From Thermoplasmatota archaeon (GTDB lineage Archaea > Thermoplasmatota > Poseidoniia > Poseidoniales > Thalassarchaeaceae), in NCBI GenBank assembly GCA_036154175.1, contig JAYZLO010000065.1, forward strand, positions 1-12,621: a stretch of 12,621 nt of DNA, written 5' to 3'. A program made the translations under genes and the position numbers. The notes beneath the pieces were generated by a model. That model was given only the letters and a program-made list of their open reading frames with translations, searched no databases and had not been told where the DNA came from. Each line of letters starts with the position of its first letter. Position 1 is the first letter of the stretch. Shown here piece after piece: positions 6,239 to 12,621 of the stretch.

Positions 6239-6514
6239 ATGACTCATGTTGTAACGAGCGCCTGTGTACGCTGTAAATATCAAGACTGTGTACATGTCTG
6301 CCCAGTAGAAGCATTTAGGGAAGCCGAAGAATATCTAGTAATAGATCCAGACGAGTGCATAGACTGTGCTGCTTGTATTCCTGAATGCCCTACGGAAGCA
6401 ATCTATGCGGACGTCGACCTACCAGAAGAAGAAATTAGCTGGTTAGAGAAGAATGAGGAAGAGGCCGTTAATCTACCTATTGCAGAAGGGGACTCACCAG
6501 TTCTAGCAGATTGA
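6239..6514 (+). CDS. fdxA: 7Fe ([3Fe-4S][4Fe-4S]) ferredoxin, Azotobacter FdxA type
   Basis: [26 protein letters not shown]...[24 protein letters not shown] matches the C-x2-C-x4-C-x3-CP and C-x2-C-x2-C-x3-CP pattern. The spacing from Met to the first Cys is identical to FdxA (M-A-F-V-V-T-D-N-C). The track ORF begins 27 nt upstream at ATG 6212 (MQVTPQLRV..); I prefer 6239 on homology grounds. Confidence 0.9.
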   Translation: MTHVVTSACVRCKYQDCVHVCPVEAFREAEEYLVIDPDECIDCAACIPECPTEAIYADVDLPEEEISWLEKNEEEAVNLPIAEGDSPVLAD

Positions 6515-6567
6515 ATTCGATGTTCTGTTGAACATAGGTTCATCAATGAACCCCCAGAGGGTACATT

Positions 6568-7557
6568 GTGCCAGATAGGTTAGATTTGAAAGAAATGCGT
6601 CACGGGACTGAGCTTCTGAAGAGAGGATTCGCCAAGATGCAGCAGGGCGGAGTCATTATGGACGTAGTTACTCCAGAACAAGCGCACATTGCTGAAGATG
6701 CAGGGGCCGTCTCAGTTATGGCTCTAGAGAGAGTTCCCGCGGACATTAGAGCATCGGGCGGAGTGGCTAGGATGAGTCATCCTAGCCTGATTAAAGAGAT
6801 CATTGATACGACTAGCATTCCTGTAATGGCAAAGGCCAGAATCGGACACGATGAAGAAGCTAGAGTGCTAGAGAATCTCGGCGTGGACATGATTGATGAG
6901 TCAGAGGTATTAACCCCTGCAGATCCATTCTATCACATAGCCAAAAATGACTATTCAATCCCATTCGTTTGCGGGTGCACTAACTTGGGAGAAGCAGTAC
7001 GCAGAATAGCTGAGGGAGCAGCGATGATTCGAACTAAGGGTGAAGCAGGTACTGGAAATGTTGTCAGTGCTGTAAAGCATGCCAGACTAATTGAAGCGGA
7101 GATAGAATTTTTATCCAATAATCCTAATGATAGAATTGATGAAATCGTTAATCAAGTAATGAATGGCTATAGGAGAATAGAGGATTCCTCAGATTTGGGA
7201 GTGGAAGTAAGTACAACGCCATTCGGGCATATTGATGAAATTCGTGATGAAGTGACGGCCGTATTGGAAGAAGTGCGTGATATTGGGCGCCTTCCCGTAG
7301 TAACATTCTCTGCAGGAGGTATTGCAACTCCTTCAGATGCTGCTCTGATGATGAAGCACGGCATGGATGGTGTTTTCGTTGGATCTGGAATCTTTAAGAG
7401 TGCGGACCCGAAGACAACCGCCGATGCGATAGTTCTAGCTACGCATCATTTCAATGATCCTAGCTTGGTAGCGGAAGCTAGTGATATGGTTGGTGAAGCG
7501 ATGCCAGGATTAGAAATTGAAAGTCTCGAGATTAGGCTTGATGAGCGGGGTTGGTAA
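6568..7557 (+). CDS. pdxS: Pyridoxal 5'-phosphate synthase lyase subunit PdxS
   Basis: The GTG start lies 5 nt after GAGGGT (6557..6562). Near-identical family blocks: [44 protein letters not shown] (catalytic Lys), [57 protein letters not shown]. It carries a roughly 29-residue insertion relative to B. subtilis PdxS, within residues 172-239. No pdxT is adjacent. Confidence 0.95.
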   Translation: MPDRLDLKEMRHGTELLKRGFAKMQQGGVIMDVVTPEQAHIAEDAGAVSVMALERVPADIRASGGVARMSHPSLIKEIIDTTSIPVMAKARIGHDEEARVLENLGVDMIDESEVLTPADPFYHIAKNDYSIPFVCGCTNLGEAVRRIAEGAAMIRTKGEAGTGNVVSAVKHARLIEAEIEFLSNNPNDRIDEIVNQVMNGYRRIEDSSDLGVEVSTTPFGHIDEIRDEVTAVLEEVRDIGRLPVVTFSAGGIATPSDAALMMKHGMDGVFVGSGIFKSADPKTTADAIVLATHHFNDPSLVAEASDMVGEAMPGLEIESLEIRLDERGW

Positions 7558-8544
7558 CTACCTCTTTTTGCCCCGAGATGTGCCAAGTTTTCTAGAGCCC
7601 CTTTTGGAGGATTTACTTTCATAATTTCCGCTCTTGCTTCCAGAAGACACCGTCCCACCAAAGGATATTGATGCACCATCTAGAAGTTTTTCGGTCAAAG
7701 AATCTGCAAGTTTGTCGTCTTCATCGGGCCTCTTCAATGATTCTCTTACTGACCTGTTGTGCTCTTTGATCAGTTTTTCTCTCTCCATATGTTGTGACTT
7801 TATTTCATCCCTTATTTCGTTGACCTTTGAGAGTAGTTCGACCACTCCCTTATGACACTCCTGTGCCTTTTCTCTTTCCTCTACGAAAAGAGAATGCAGG
7901 CGATCACTTTCGCCTCTCAGGAAATCCCTTTCCTCAAACATTGGTTTGATTTGTTCCCAGATTTCATCGGCTAGTTTATTTTGTTCTAGCATAAGTTTGT
8001 GTTCGTTGTCTGCTTCTGCTCTTAGTCTCTGAATAGAGTCATCCATATCATTTAGATCTATAGAGATGATGTGGTGATTTTCTACTTCAGGAATCAGTTT
8101 ATCTCTTTTTTGAATTAGAGAACGAAGCTTCTTTATCAACGAGTTCTCCTTCTCTAGGGAAATTGTTCCGTCTGTCATTATCCTATTTTCTATTTTCTCG
8201 ATCTCACCAACTGTCTCGGATAATTGAATTACAACCGATTTTCCTGGGCCATCATCCCTTCTTCCCTTTTTCCTAGAAATTATCTCCCTGATACTTTTCT
8301 GAATTTCATCCCTTCTCGCTTGATGGATTTTTGACTTGGAGCGTATAGCCTTCTGCTCCTCCATGTTAGAATTAATGGTTTCCCGGATTTCTTTACCCTG
8401 CTCATTGACGGAGTTTCTTGAGTCGGCAGCCCTCTTTGCGGAGTCATTGTGTGAATCTCTCTGAGACCTGATTCTCTTAAGCTTAGATTCCATTGCATGA
8501 AGCCTTGTTCGGAGATCATCATCCTCAGGGACGTCATTCTCCAT
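7558..8544 (-). CDS. Long coiled-coil protein with a basic C-terminal tail (resembles archaeal COG1340-type coiled-coil proteins); function unknown
   Basis: 328 aa, rich in K/E/R/D/I/L with heptad-like periodicity, in two long helical arms interrupted by KKGRRDDGPGKS. The TDGTISLEKENSLIKKL segment is reminiscent of COG1340 proteins (memory only). The C-terminus is GGTVSSGSKSGNYESKSSKRGSRKLGTSRGKKR. It is the last gene of the 12344->7558 cluster. Confidence 0.7.
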   Translation of the reverse strand: MENDVPEDDDLRTRLHAMESKLKRIRSQRDSHNDSAKRAADSRNSVNEQGKEIRETINSNMEEQKAIRSKSKIHQARRDEIQKSIREIISRKKGRRDDGPGKSVVIQLSETVGEIEKIENRIMTDGTISLEKENSLIKKLRSLIQKRDKLIPEVENHHIISIDLNDMDDSIQRLRAEADNEHKLMLEQNKLADEIWEQIKPMFEERDFLRGESDRLHSLFVEEREKAQECHKGVVELLSKVNEIRDEIKSQHMEREKLIKEHNRSVRESLKRPDEDDKLADSLTEKLLDGASISFGGTVSSGSKSGNYESKSSKRGSRKLGTSRGKKR

Positions 8545-8578
8545 GGTCGTGGGAACGCCCCCCCCTTATTGAAGAGAA

Positions 8579-10159
8579 CTAAAGTCCGAGAATATTAGCA
8601 GCAAACGGAAGAACTGGGGAAATTATGGCTAAAATCGCACCAATCATGAAAACCGCTCCTGTAGTCATCCTAAGTCTGGTGAAAAGATCAGACCGTACTT
8701 GCGAGGTAAGCACTTTGCCAGAAATTAGATTTCCTGAGGCGTCCTCCAATCTAACAGTAACTGTCGATTCGCCCATTGAAGAGGGGATCATTGTTTGCCA
8801 AACAATCCTAGATGCAGACATAGAATCTGACATTTGGTCATAGATTGGTTTTTCTGAAATTATTTCACTTGGAACGGGATCTGCTCGTAGACTGTAGACG
8901 CACTCATTAGGGCGGAAATCCGGAGTCTGTACCCTAAGTTTGAGTTCTTGCCGTTCACCGGTGTAGTTCAATACAGTAGCGAATAAATTTGCTTGCCCGA
9001 GTGTTAGGTTTTCCATGTCGACATCAAACCAAATACCTTGTTTAACAGGATTTGATAAGTGCATTCTCAATCTATCATTTAATCTAAAAAAGGGTGCACA
9101 TCTTTCCCTAGCGTGCATCAAAAGGCGATCAAGAGTCTCTTCACCAAGTTCAGGGTGATTAATAATCTGATCGACGGTCTTAGAGTCTACCAATGAAGTA
9201 AGAGCGAGATGGAACTCATCTTCTTCGATTACTCCAGAACGGAATAGGTCCAAAGTCTGGAGAAGATATTCCTGAAGATCGGAGAGTTTTACACCCCTCT
9301 GCAAGTCAGAAGAGAATGATGATACGTATTTTGAAAATTTAACAGCAAGCATCGGGTCGACATGTGCTCTAATGACATCTGTATAAGGCCGGTTAAGTAG
9401 GGCCGGGTGCATGGGTGGTGAAAATGCCTGCAGAAGACCCCATGGATTTACAGTATTGAAGCGTGGCCTTTCAGAAACAAGATAGACGCTGTGGCCAGAA
9501 AGTAAGGCTCCTGTTGATAGAGCTATGAGAACTGGTATCCCTTCAGTATCAGTAGTGAAATTTAGTGCGAGGGAGAGGAGTAAAGTTGACAGAATCATCA
9601 GGGTTGTTGTGATATTTAATTGGTTAGAAGCCCCATCGATTACCGCCTTCATCTCACTGTATCCGTGTGCACTTCTAAAAGTGATTCCTGAGGAAGATAT
9701 CTCATCTGTTTCGATTTGGAATAACCTTTTAGTAACCCATAGAAGGTAATGCAATACGAATAACAGCAAAAGGTCTGCTACCAAGATAACTAATGCTAGG
9801 AGATAGACGGACATTGAGAAAGAAAGATCGAGGAAAAGCGCTCTGACACTACCCTCCCACCATAGTGGATCTTCGCCTCTGTGAGATTGTGCCAGACCGA
9901 AAAGGAATACTACGATCATTGGCAAGAATAAGATTAATCGCGCCCCCCTACTAATTATCAAGTCATCAAGACCGTATAGTAAAGCCTCACGAGCTTTGAG
10001 GGTATCTTTGTAAGAATTGGGCATTTCGTTATTTGATTGATTCTTGACTATATTTTCAATTTCCGGAGCCGGTGGTGTTTCGGTGTTTAGGGCTGCGACC
10101 ATTGAGTCGATATCGGAATGCAAGTCGGCTAGGTCTTCTTCGATTGGAGGTTCATTCAT
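8579..10159 (-). CDS. Polytopic membrane protein of unknown function (acidic N-terminus, ~5 TM segments, SHOCT-like segment, beta-sandwich-like segment, C-terminal TM anchor)
   Basis: ATG at 10159 is preceded by GGGTGAT (10170..10164) and forms an ATGAATGA start/stop overlap with the upstream regulator gene. The track start GTG 10168 lies inside that SD. Hydrophobic segments (track numbering): 76-96, 108-147 (two), 185-204, 211-231, 503-527. SDLQEYLLQTLDLFRSGVIEEDEFHLALTSLVD (296-328) is SHOCT-like. Residues 380-492 alternate like an Ig/CARDB-type beta-sandwich (ANLFATVLNYTGERQELKLRV .. STVTVRLEDASGNLISGKV). Confidence 0.8.
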   Translation of the reverse strand: MNEPPIEEDLADLHSDIDSMVAALNTETPPAPEIENIVKNQSNNEMPNSYKDTLKAREALLYGLDDLIISRGARLILFLPMIVVFLFGLAQSHRGEDPLWWEGSVRALFLDLSFSMSVYLLALVILVADLLLLFVLHYLLWVTKRLFQIETDEISSSGITFRSAHGYSEMKAVIDGASNQLNITTTLMILSTLLLSLALNFTTDTEGIPVLIALSTGALLSGHSVYLVSERPRFNTVNPWGLLQAFSPPMHPALLNRPYTDVIRAHVDPMLAVKFSKYVSSFSSDLQRGVKLSDLQEYLLQTLDLFRSGVIEEDEFHLALTSLVDSKTVDQIINHPELGEETLDRLLMHARERCAPFFRLNDRLRMHLSNPVKQGIWFDVDMENLTLGQANLFATVLNYTGERQELKLRVQTPDFRPNECVYSLRADPVPSEIISEKPIYDQMSDSMSASRIVWQTMIPSSMGESTVTVRLEDASGNLISGKVLTSQVRSDLFTRLRMTTGAVFMIGAILAIISPVLPFAANILGL

Positions 10160-10820
10160 GATTATCACCCATTGAGAGTATCCTTACTATGACGCACATT
10201 GAAATCGCTGGCGAAAGAGATAAATTATTATTCTCGCAAAAAAGGTTTCCATTTGACTTGGAGATATGGGTCCCTATCGAGATACCTACCTCCCTAAGAG
10301 TAATTGTATCTATTGCGGATAGAAGGATTAGCTCGACTATTGAGGTGCTCATATCTGGAAGACTAGAAACTGGTAGAAGATCACCAATTCCAAAGGTTTC
10401 AATCGAACGCTTTACTCCTGGGATCTTTTGTCCCCTTGGGTTGGTTTTCGGGAATCCAAGCATCTTATCCAAAGCCATCTCCAAATTCTCGTCAACTGCA
10501 TATTCCATCTTATTTGCGACTCCAGTAATATCGCCATCATAACCGATAATTTCCGAAAGTAGAATCTCTAATAGTCCCTCGCGTCGTTTTATTCTAGCGG
10601 CAAGTTGGAATCCTTCTGGCGTCAATCTGCAACCCCTATAAGGGATGTGAGTTACCATTTCTCTATCCGAAAGTCTTTGGATCATTTCTGTAACGGAAGC
10701 CGCTGAAACCCCCAATATGTTAGATAATTGAGTTGTTTTAACAATGGCTTCGGGGGTTCTAGTATGCACCTCAAAAATTCTCTTCAGGTACGTTTCTTCG
10801 ATTTGGCTTAAATCCGACAT
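10152..10820 (-). CDS. DtxR/MntR/IdeR-family transcriptional regulator (wHTH + dimerisation helices + C-terminal FeoA/SH3-like domain) with an atypical metal-ligand set
   Basis: EETYLKRIFEV (cf. EMYLRTIYEL); wHTH TTQLSNILGVSAASVTEMIQRLSDREMV; LTPEGFQLAARIKRREGLLEILLSEIIG (cf. [28 protein letters not shown]); NPRGQKIPG (cf. SPFGNPIPG). The C-terminal ~70 residues are FeoA-like. GGGAGGG (10834..10828) lies 7 nt upstream of the ATG, inside the end of the upstream gene. Confidence 0.8.
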   Translation of the reverse strand: MSDLSQIEETYLKRIFEVHTRTPEAIVKTTQLSNILGVSAASVTEMIQRLSDREMVTHIPYRGCRLTPEGFQLAARIKRREGLLEILLSEIIGYDGDITGVANKMEYAVDENLEMALDKMLGFPKTNPRGQKIPGVKRSIETFGIGDLLPVSSLPDMSTSIVELILLSAIDTITLREVGISIGTHISKSNGNLFCENNNLSLSPAISMCVIVRILSMGDNHE

Positions 10821-10823
10821 TTA

Positions 10824-12344
10824 CTAGCCCTCCCTTTCTGCTAAGAATTCGGTTCTGCAGATAGGACATCGTGACATAGTGGGACGTTTATCTAAGGGAA
10901 CTCGCAAAGTCTGTTCACATTCAGGACAATTCAGGTTTGGACCTGAAGATTTTACTACTTGAGCTTCATTGTCTATTTCGCTTACGACAAATTCCATTGT
11001 ACATGAAGGGCACTTTACTGCTCCCTCATGACCTTCAGGGACCATCAATCTTTGATCGCAATAATTACATGAAATTTCTTTTTTTGAAATAGAATCAGAA
11101 GATTTTGTGGATTCCTTCGTATCCCTCATTCTGACATTAGAAACTGAGGGTGTTTTTGTAGAAACTGCCCTCCATATAAATGTCCCAACCATGATGATTA
11201 CAATACCGGAAAATGCCCCTATGGTGGCGGAGATAATGTCAAAGGGAAGCTCGAAGCCTTGGTCGGATATAGTTGACTCTATGGAATAGTCTGACCTGGC
11301 AGAAACATCTCCAACATTCCACTGAGCTCTGAGATCGATGTTTGATCCATCTGGCCAAGTTGGAATCTGTACTTGTGTGGAAATGGAAGCGCCTGGATTT
11401 ACTGACTGGACAAGTACTTGATTGACAATCGTATTTTCAGAAAGGAGTATTATACGTAAATTCCCCGAAGGTGTAGGAGAATCTCCATTATTCTGAAGAG
11501 TTAATGTGACGATTACTGATTCGCCTTTGATTGGTTTAATTGGGTCGAAGGACGCGAGAATTGAAAGTGAAGAAGAATCTATTGTGGGCATCAAGACGTC
11601 TATTTCAGAATTGTTTGTGGAAGTATGATGTATTTCCCAACCTGATGGAATAGCCTCAATCTCTAGGTAGTCTGATGAAGGATTTCCCAAATATAATTCA
11701 ATTGACCTCCGACCGGGTTCAATCGCAATGGAAATCTGCTGTAAATCCTGAATTGATCCTTCGAAACCAATTTTCGAAGAAAGTTGTATTTCCCTCGATC
11801 TCCCCTCAGAAAGAAAAAGTGAGACATGGACAGTAAGTCCGTTATCTAAATCCCAATTGTAAGATTCTATATCCATTTCTAAAGTCTGTCTTGTTGAGGA
11901 ATAGATTGAAAATTGGCCAAGCAAAGAGGGATTGTCAAGCTCACCGTTAATTGATAAGATCGACCAATTAAATGTGTTTACTCCGATGATGCTGGGATAA
12001 AAAGACACTGATATTTCCTTTGTTGATCCGGGTGAAATCTGAACGAGATCACCAGTGTAATTTTCTCCAGAATCAACGTTTTCCAAAAAAAGCCGAGCTG
12101 AACCGCTGATATTTCCAGAGTTTCCGACCAATACAGCTGCACGCAGAGGATCGCCGAGATGTGCTGGCTCCCCGGAGATTAGGACTCCGGATTCTCCGGA
12201 TAGAGTGAAGTTTGCAGATGAATCTGAGTGCTTTTCTTTTTTCTCGGACTCTAAGATTGCTTCATTATCTGAATATTCGTATGAAAAAGAGGCGAGTAAA
12301 AGCACCAAACAAATGCAGGGTAGGACGGGAAAATTGTTCCTCAT
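10824..12344 (-). CDS. Secreted/membrane-anchored protein: signal peptide, three CARDB-like beta-sandwich modules, one TM helix, cytoplasmic tandem MJ0042-type zinc ribbons; function unknown
   Basis: The N-terminus MRNNFPVLPCICLVLLLASFS is signal-like. Beta-sandwich modules have N-x-G strands (AAVLVGNSGNISGSARLFL; VIVTLTLQNNGDSPTPSGNLRIIL). The TM helix is IISATIGAFSGIVIIMVGTFIW. Then two copies of C-x2-C-x2-L-x-VP-x7-9-CPxC-x2-EF follow: CNYCDQRLMVPEGHEGAVKCPSCTMEF and CPECEQTLRVPLDKRPTMSRCPICRTEF (10845..11069). The track start is TTG 12347; the adjacent ATG 12344 is preferred. Confidence 0.8.
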   Translation of the reverse strand: MRNNFPVLPCICLVLLLASFSYEYSDNEAILESEKKEKHSDSSANFTLSGESGVLISGEPAHLGDPLRAAVLVGNSGNISGSARLFLENVDSGENYTGDLVQISPGSTKEISVSFYPSIIGVNTFNWSILSINGELDNPSLLGQFSIYSSTRQTLEMDIESYNWDLDNGLTVHVSLFLSEGRSREIQLSSKIGFEGSIQDLQQISIAIEPGRRSIELYLGNPSSDYLEIEAIPSGWEIHHTSTNNSEIDVLMPTIDSSSLSILASFDPIKPIKGESVIVTLTLQNNGDSPTPSGNLRIILLSENTIVNQVLVQSVNPGASISTQVQIPTWPDGSNIDLRAQWNVGDVSARSDYSIESTISDQGFELPFDIISATIGAFSGIVIIMVGTFIWRAVSTKTPSVSNVRMRDTKESTKSSDSISKKEISCNYCDQRLMVPEGHEGAVKCPSCTMEFVVSEIDNEAQVVKSSGPNLNCPECEQTLRVPLDKRPTMSRCPICRTEFLAEREG

Positions 12345-12438
12345 CAATTAGTGCTGTGATGACCATCGTATCAATCAAACGCAAAAAAAATCACTGCATA
12401 TGGCTTTATGTCGGGTATTTCCTCCCACGGAACATAAT

Positions 12439-12621
12439 ATGGACACTGAGAGTCTCATGCGAGTTCTTCCTGAAGAATTGGGGAGCGTGCTTTTACAACG
12501 CAGGTTAATGCTGAAAGATACCTTGCCCGGGGTGATAAGAAATCTAGAGGCAGAAGAGGATATTATTAGTCCCAAGGTTGAAAGATTAAAATCATCATTT
12601 AGTGAAGCTAACAAAAATGTA
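12439..12621 (+). CDS. 5' end of an unidentified protein-coding gene running off the window edge
   Basis: Not in the supplied track. ATG at 12439 opens a frame that stays open for all 61 codons to the window end: MDTESLMRVLPEELGSVLLQRRLMLKDTLPGVIRNLEAEEDIISPKVERLKSSFSEANKNV. Its composition matches the real genes here (mixed charged/hydrophobic). The two overlapping track ORFs (12212..12508 +, 12375..12614 -) have the S/L/C-rich look of shadow frames. No family was recognised. Confidence 0.45.
   Translation, partial: MDTESLMRVLPEELGSVLLQRRLMLKDTLPGVIRNLEAEEDIISPKVERLKSSFSEANKNV

Noticed and set aside
8558-8565. Eight-nt homopolymeric C tract (G8 on the coding strand) 13 nt upstream of the coiled-coil gene start, considered as a slipped-strand phase-variation switch
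   Set aside because: The tract is intergenic, so length changes would not shift a reading frame. It more plausibly acts as a G-rich ribosome-binding region. I know of no precedent for such switches in this kind of archaeon. It could be revisited if population reads show length polymorphism.
7167-9749. ORFs 7167..7364 (-), 7446..7679 (-), 7634..7855 (+), 8280..8537 (-), 8625..8843 (+) and 9525..9749 (+)
   Set aside because: All are nested in, or antisense to, longer ORFs with better coding character (pdxS, the coiled-coil gene, the 529-aa membrane protein). All have serine/leucine-rich shadow composition.
10189-11289. Plus-strand ORFs of 117 and 60 aa antisense to the DtxR-like and 507-aa genes
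   Set aside because: They are shadow frames with no independent support.
12356-12449. Possible C/D-box sRNA (GTGATGA at 12356..12362 and CTGA at 12446..12449)
   Set aside because: The boxes are about 90 nt apart, longer than typical archaeal C/D sRNAs. I found no internal D'/C' boxes and no terminal stem, and the CTGA lies inside the likely coding frame. Probably chance.
12212-12614. Track ORFs 12212..12508 (+, 98 aa) and 12375..12614 (-, 79 aa)
   Set aside because: The first overlaps the 5' end of the 507-aa gene antisense and crosses the promoter spacer. The second is antisense to the better-looking open frame starting at ATG 12439. Both have C/S/L/R-rich implausible composition.
1-12621. 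Searched for CRISPR repeats, IS/transposase or integrase genes, terminal inverted repeats, rRNA/tRNA genes and long direct repeats
   Set aside because: None found by eye. The only repeats are the short elements reported above (5736..5782, 2559..2588, 5657..5679).

Overview
This is a very gene-dense fragment; my tally of intergenic gaps gives roughly 95% coding. It reads as a marine planktonic euryarchaeal chromosome. It carries informational genes typical of archaea (PAN proteasome ATPase, zinc-ribbon aMBF1, Tsr3, ribosomal protein eS1/S3Ae) alongside a bacterial-type proteorhodopsin. That combination is known from Marine Group II/Poseidoniales-like archaea, but the lineage call is inference only. 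Positions 1..7557 are mostly recognisable housekeeping: a formiminotransferase 5' fragment, PAN, aMBF1-Tsr3, a DTE-motif proteorhodopsin with Gln at the spectral-tuning site, a MazG-like NTP pyrophosphohydrolase, an MTAP/PNP-like phosphorylase, eS1 with an unusual acidic linker plus SAP-like C-terminal extension, a possible UPF0201-like protein, a 7Fe ferredoxin and PdxS. Positions 7558..12347 are the least explained. They hold a co-directional, tightly coupled minus-strand cluster encoding four proteins: (i) a signal-peptide / three beta-sandwich (CARDB-like) / TM / tandem zinc-ribbon protein; (ii) a DtxR/MntR-fold regulator whose canonical metal ligands are mostly substituted; (iii) a polytopic membrane protein with SHOCT-like and beta-sandwich segments and a C-terminal anchor; (iv) a long coiled-coil protein with a basic tail. 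This cluster is my best candidate for an undescribed surface-sensing/regulatory module, but neither function nor novelty can be established without database searches. I saw no rRNA, tRNA, CRISPR array, transposase/integrase or recognisable defence genes. Two edge-truncated ORFs missing from the supplied track were found by hand translation.
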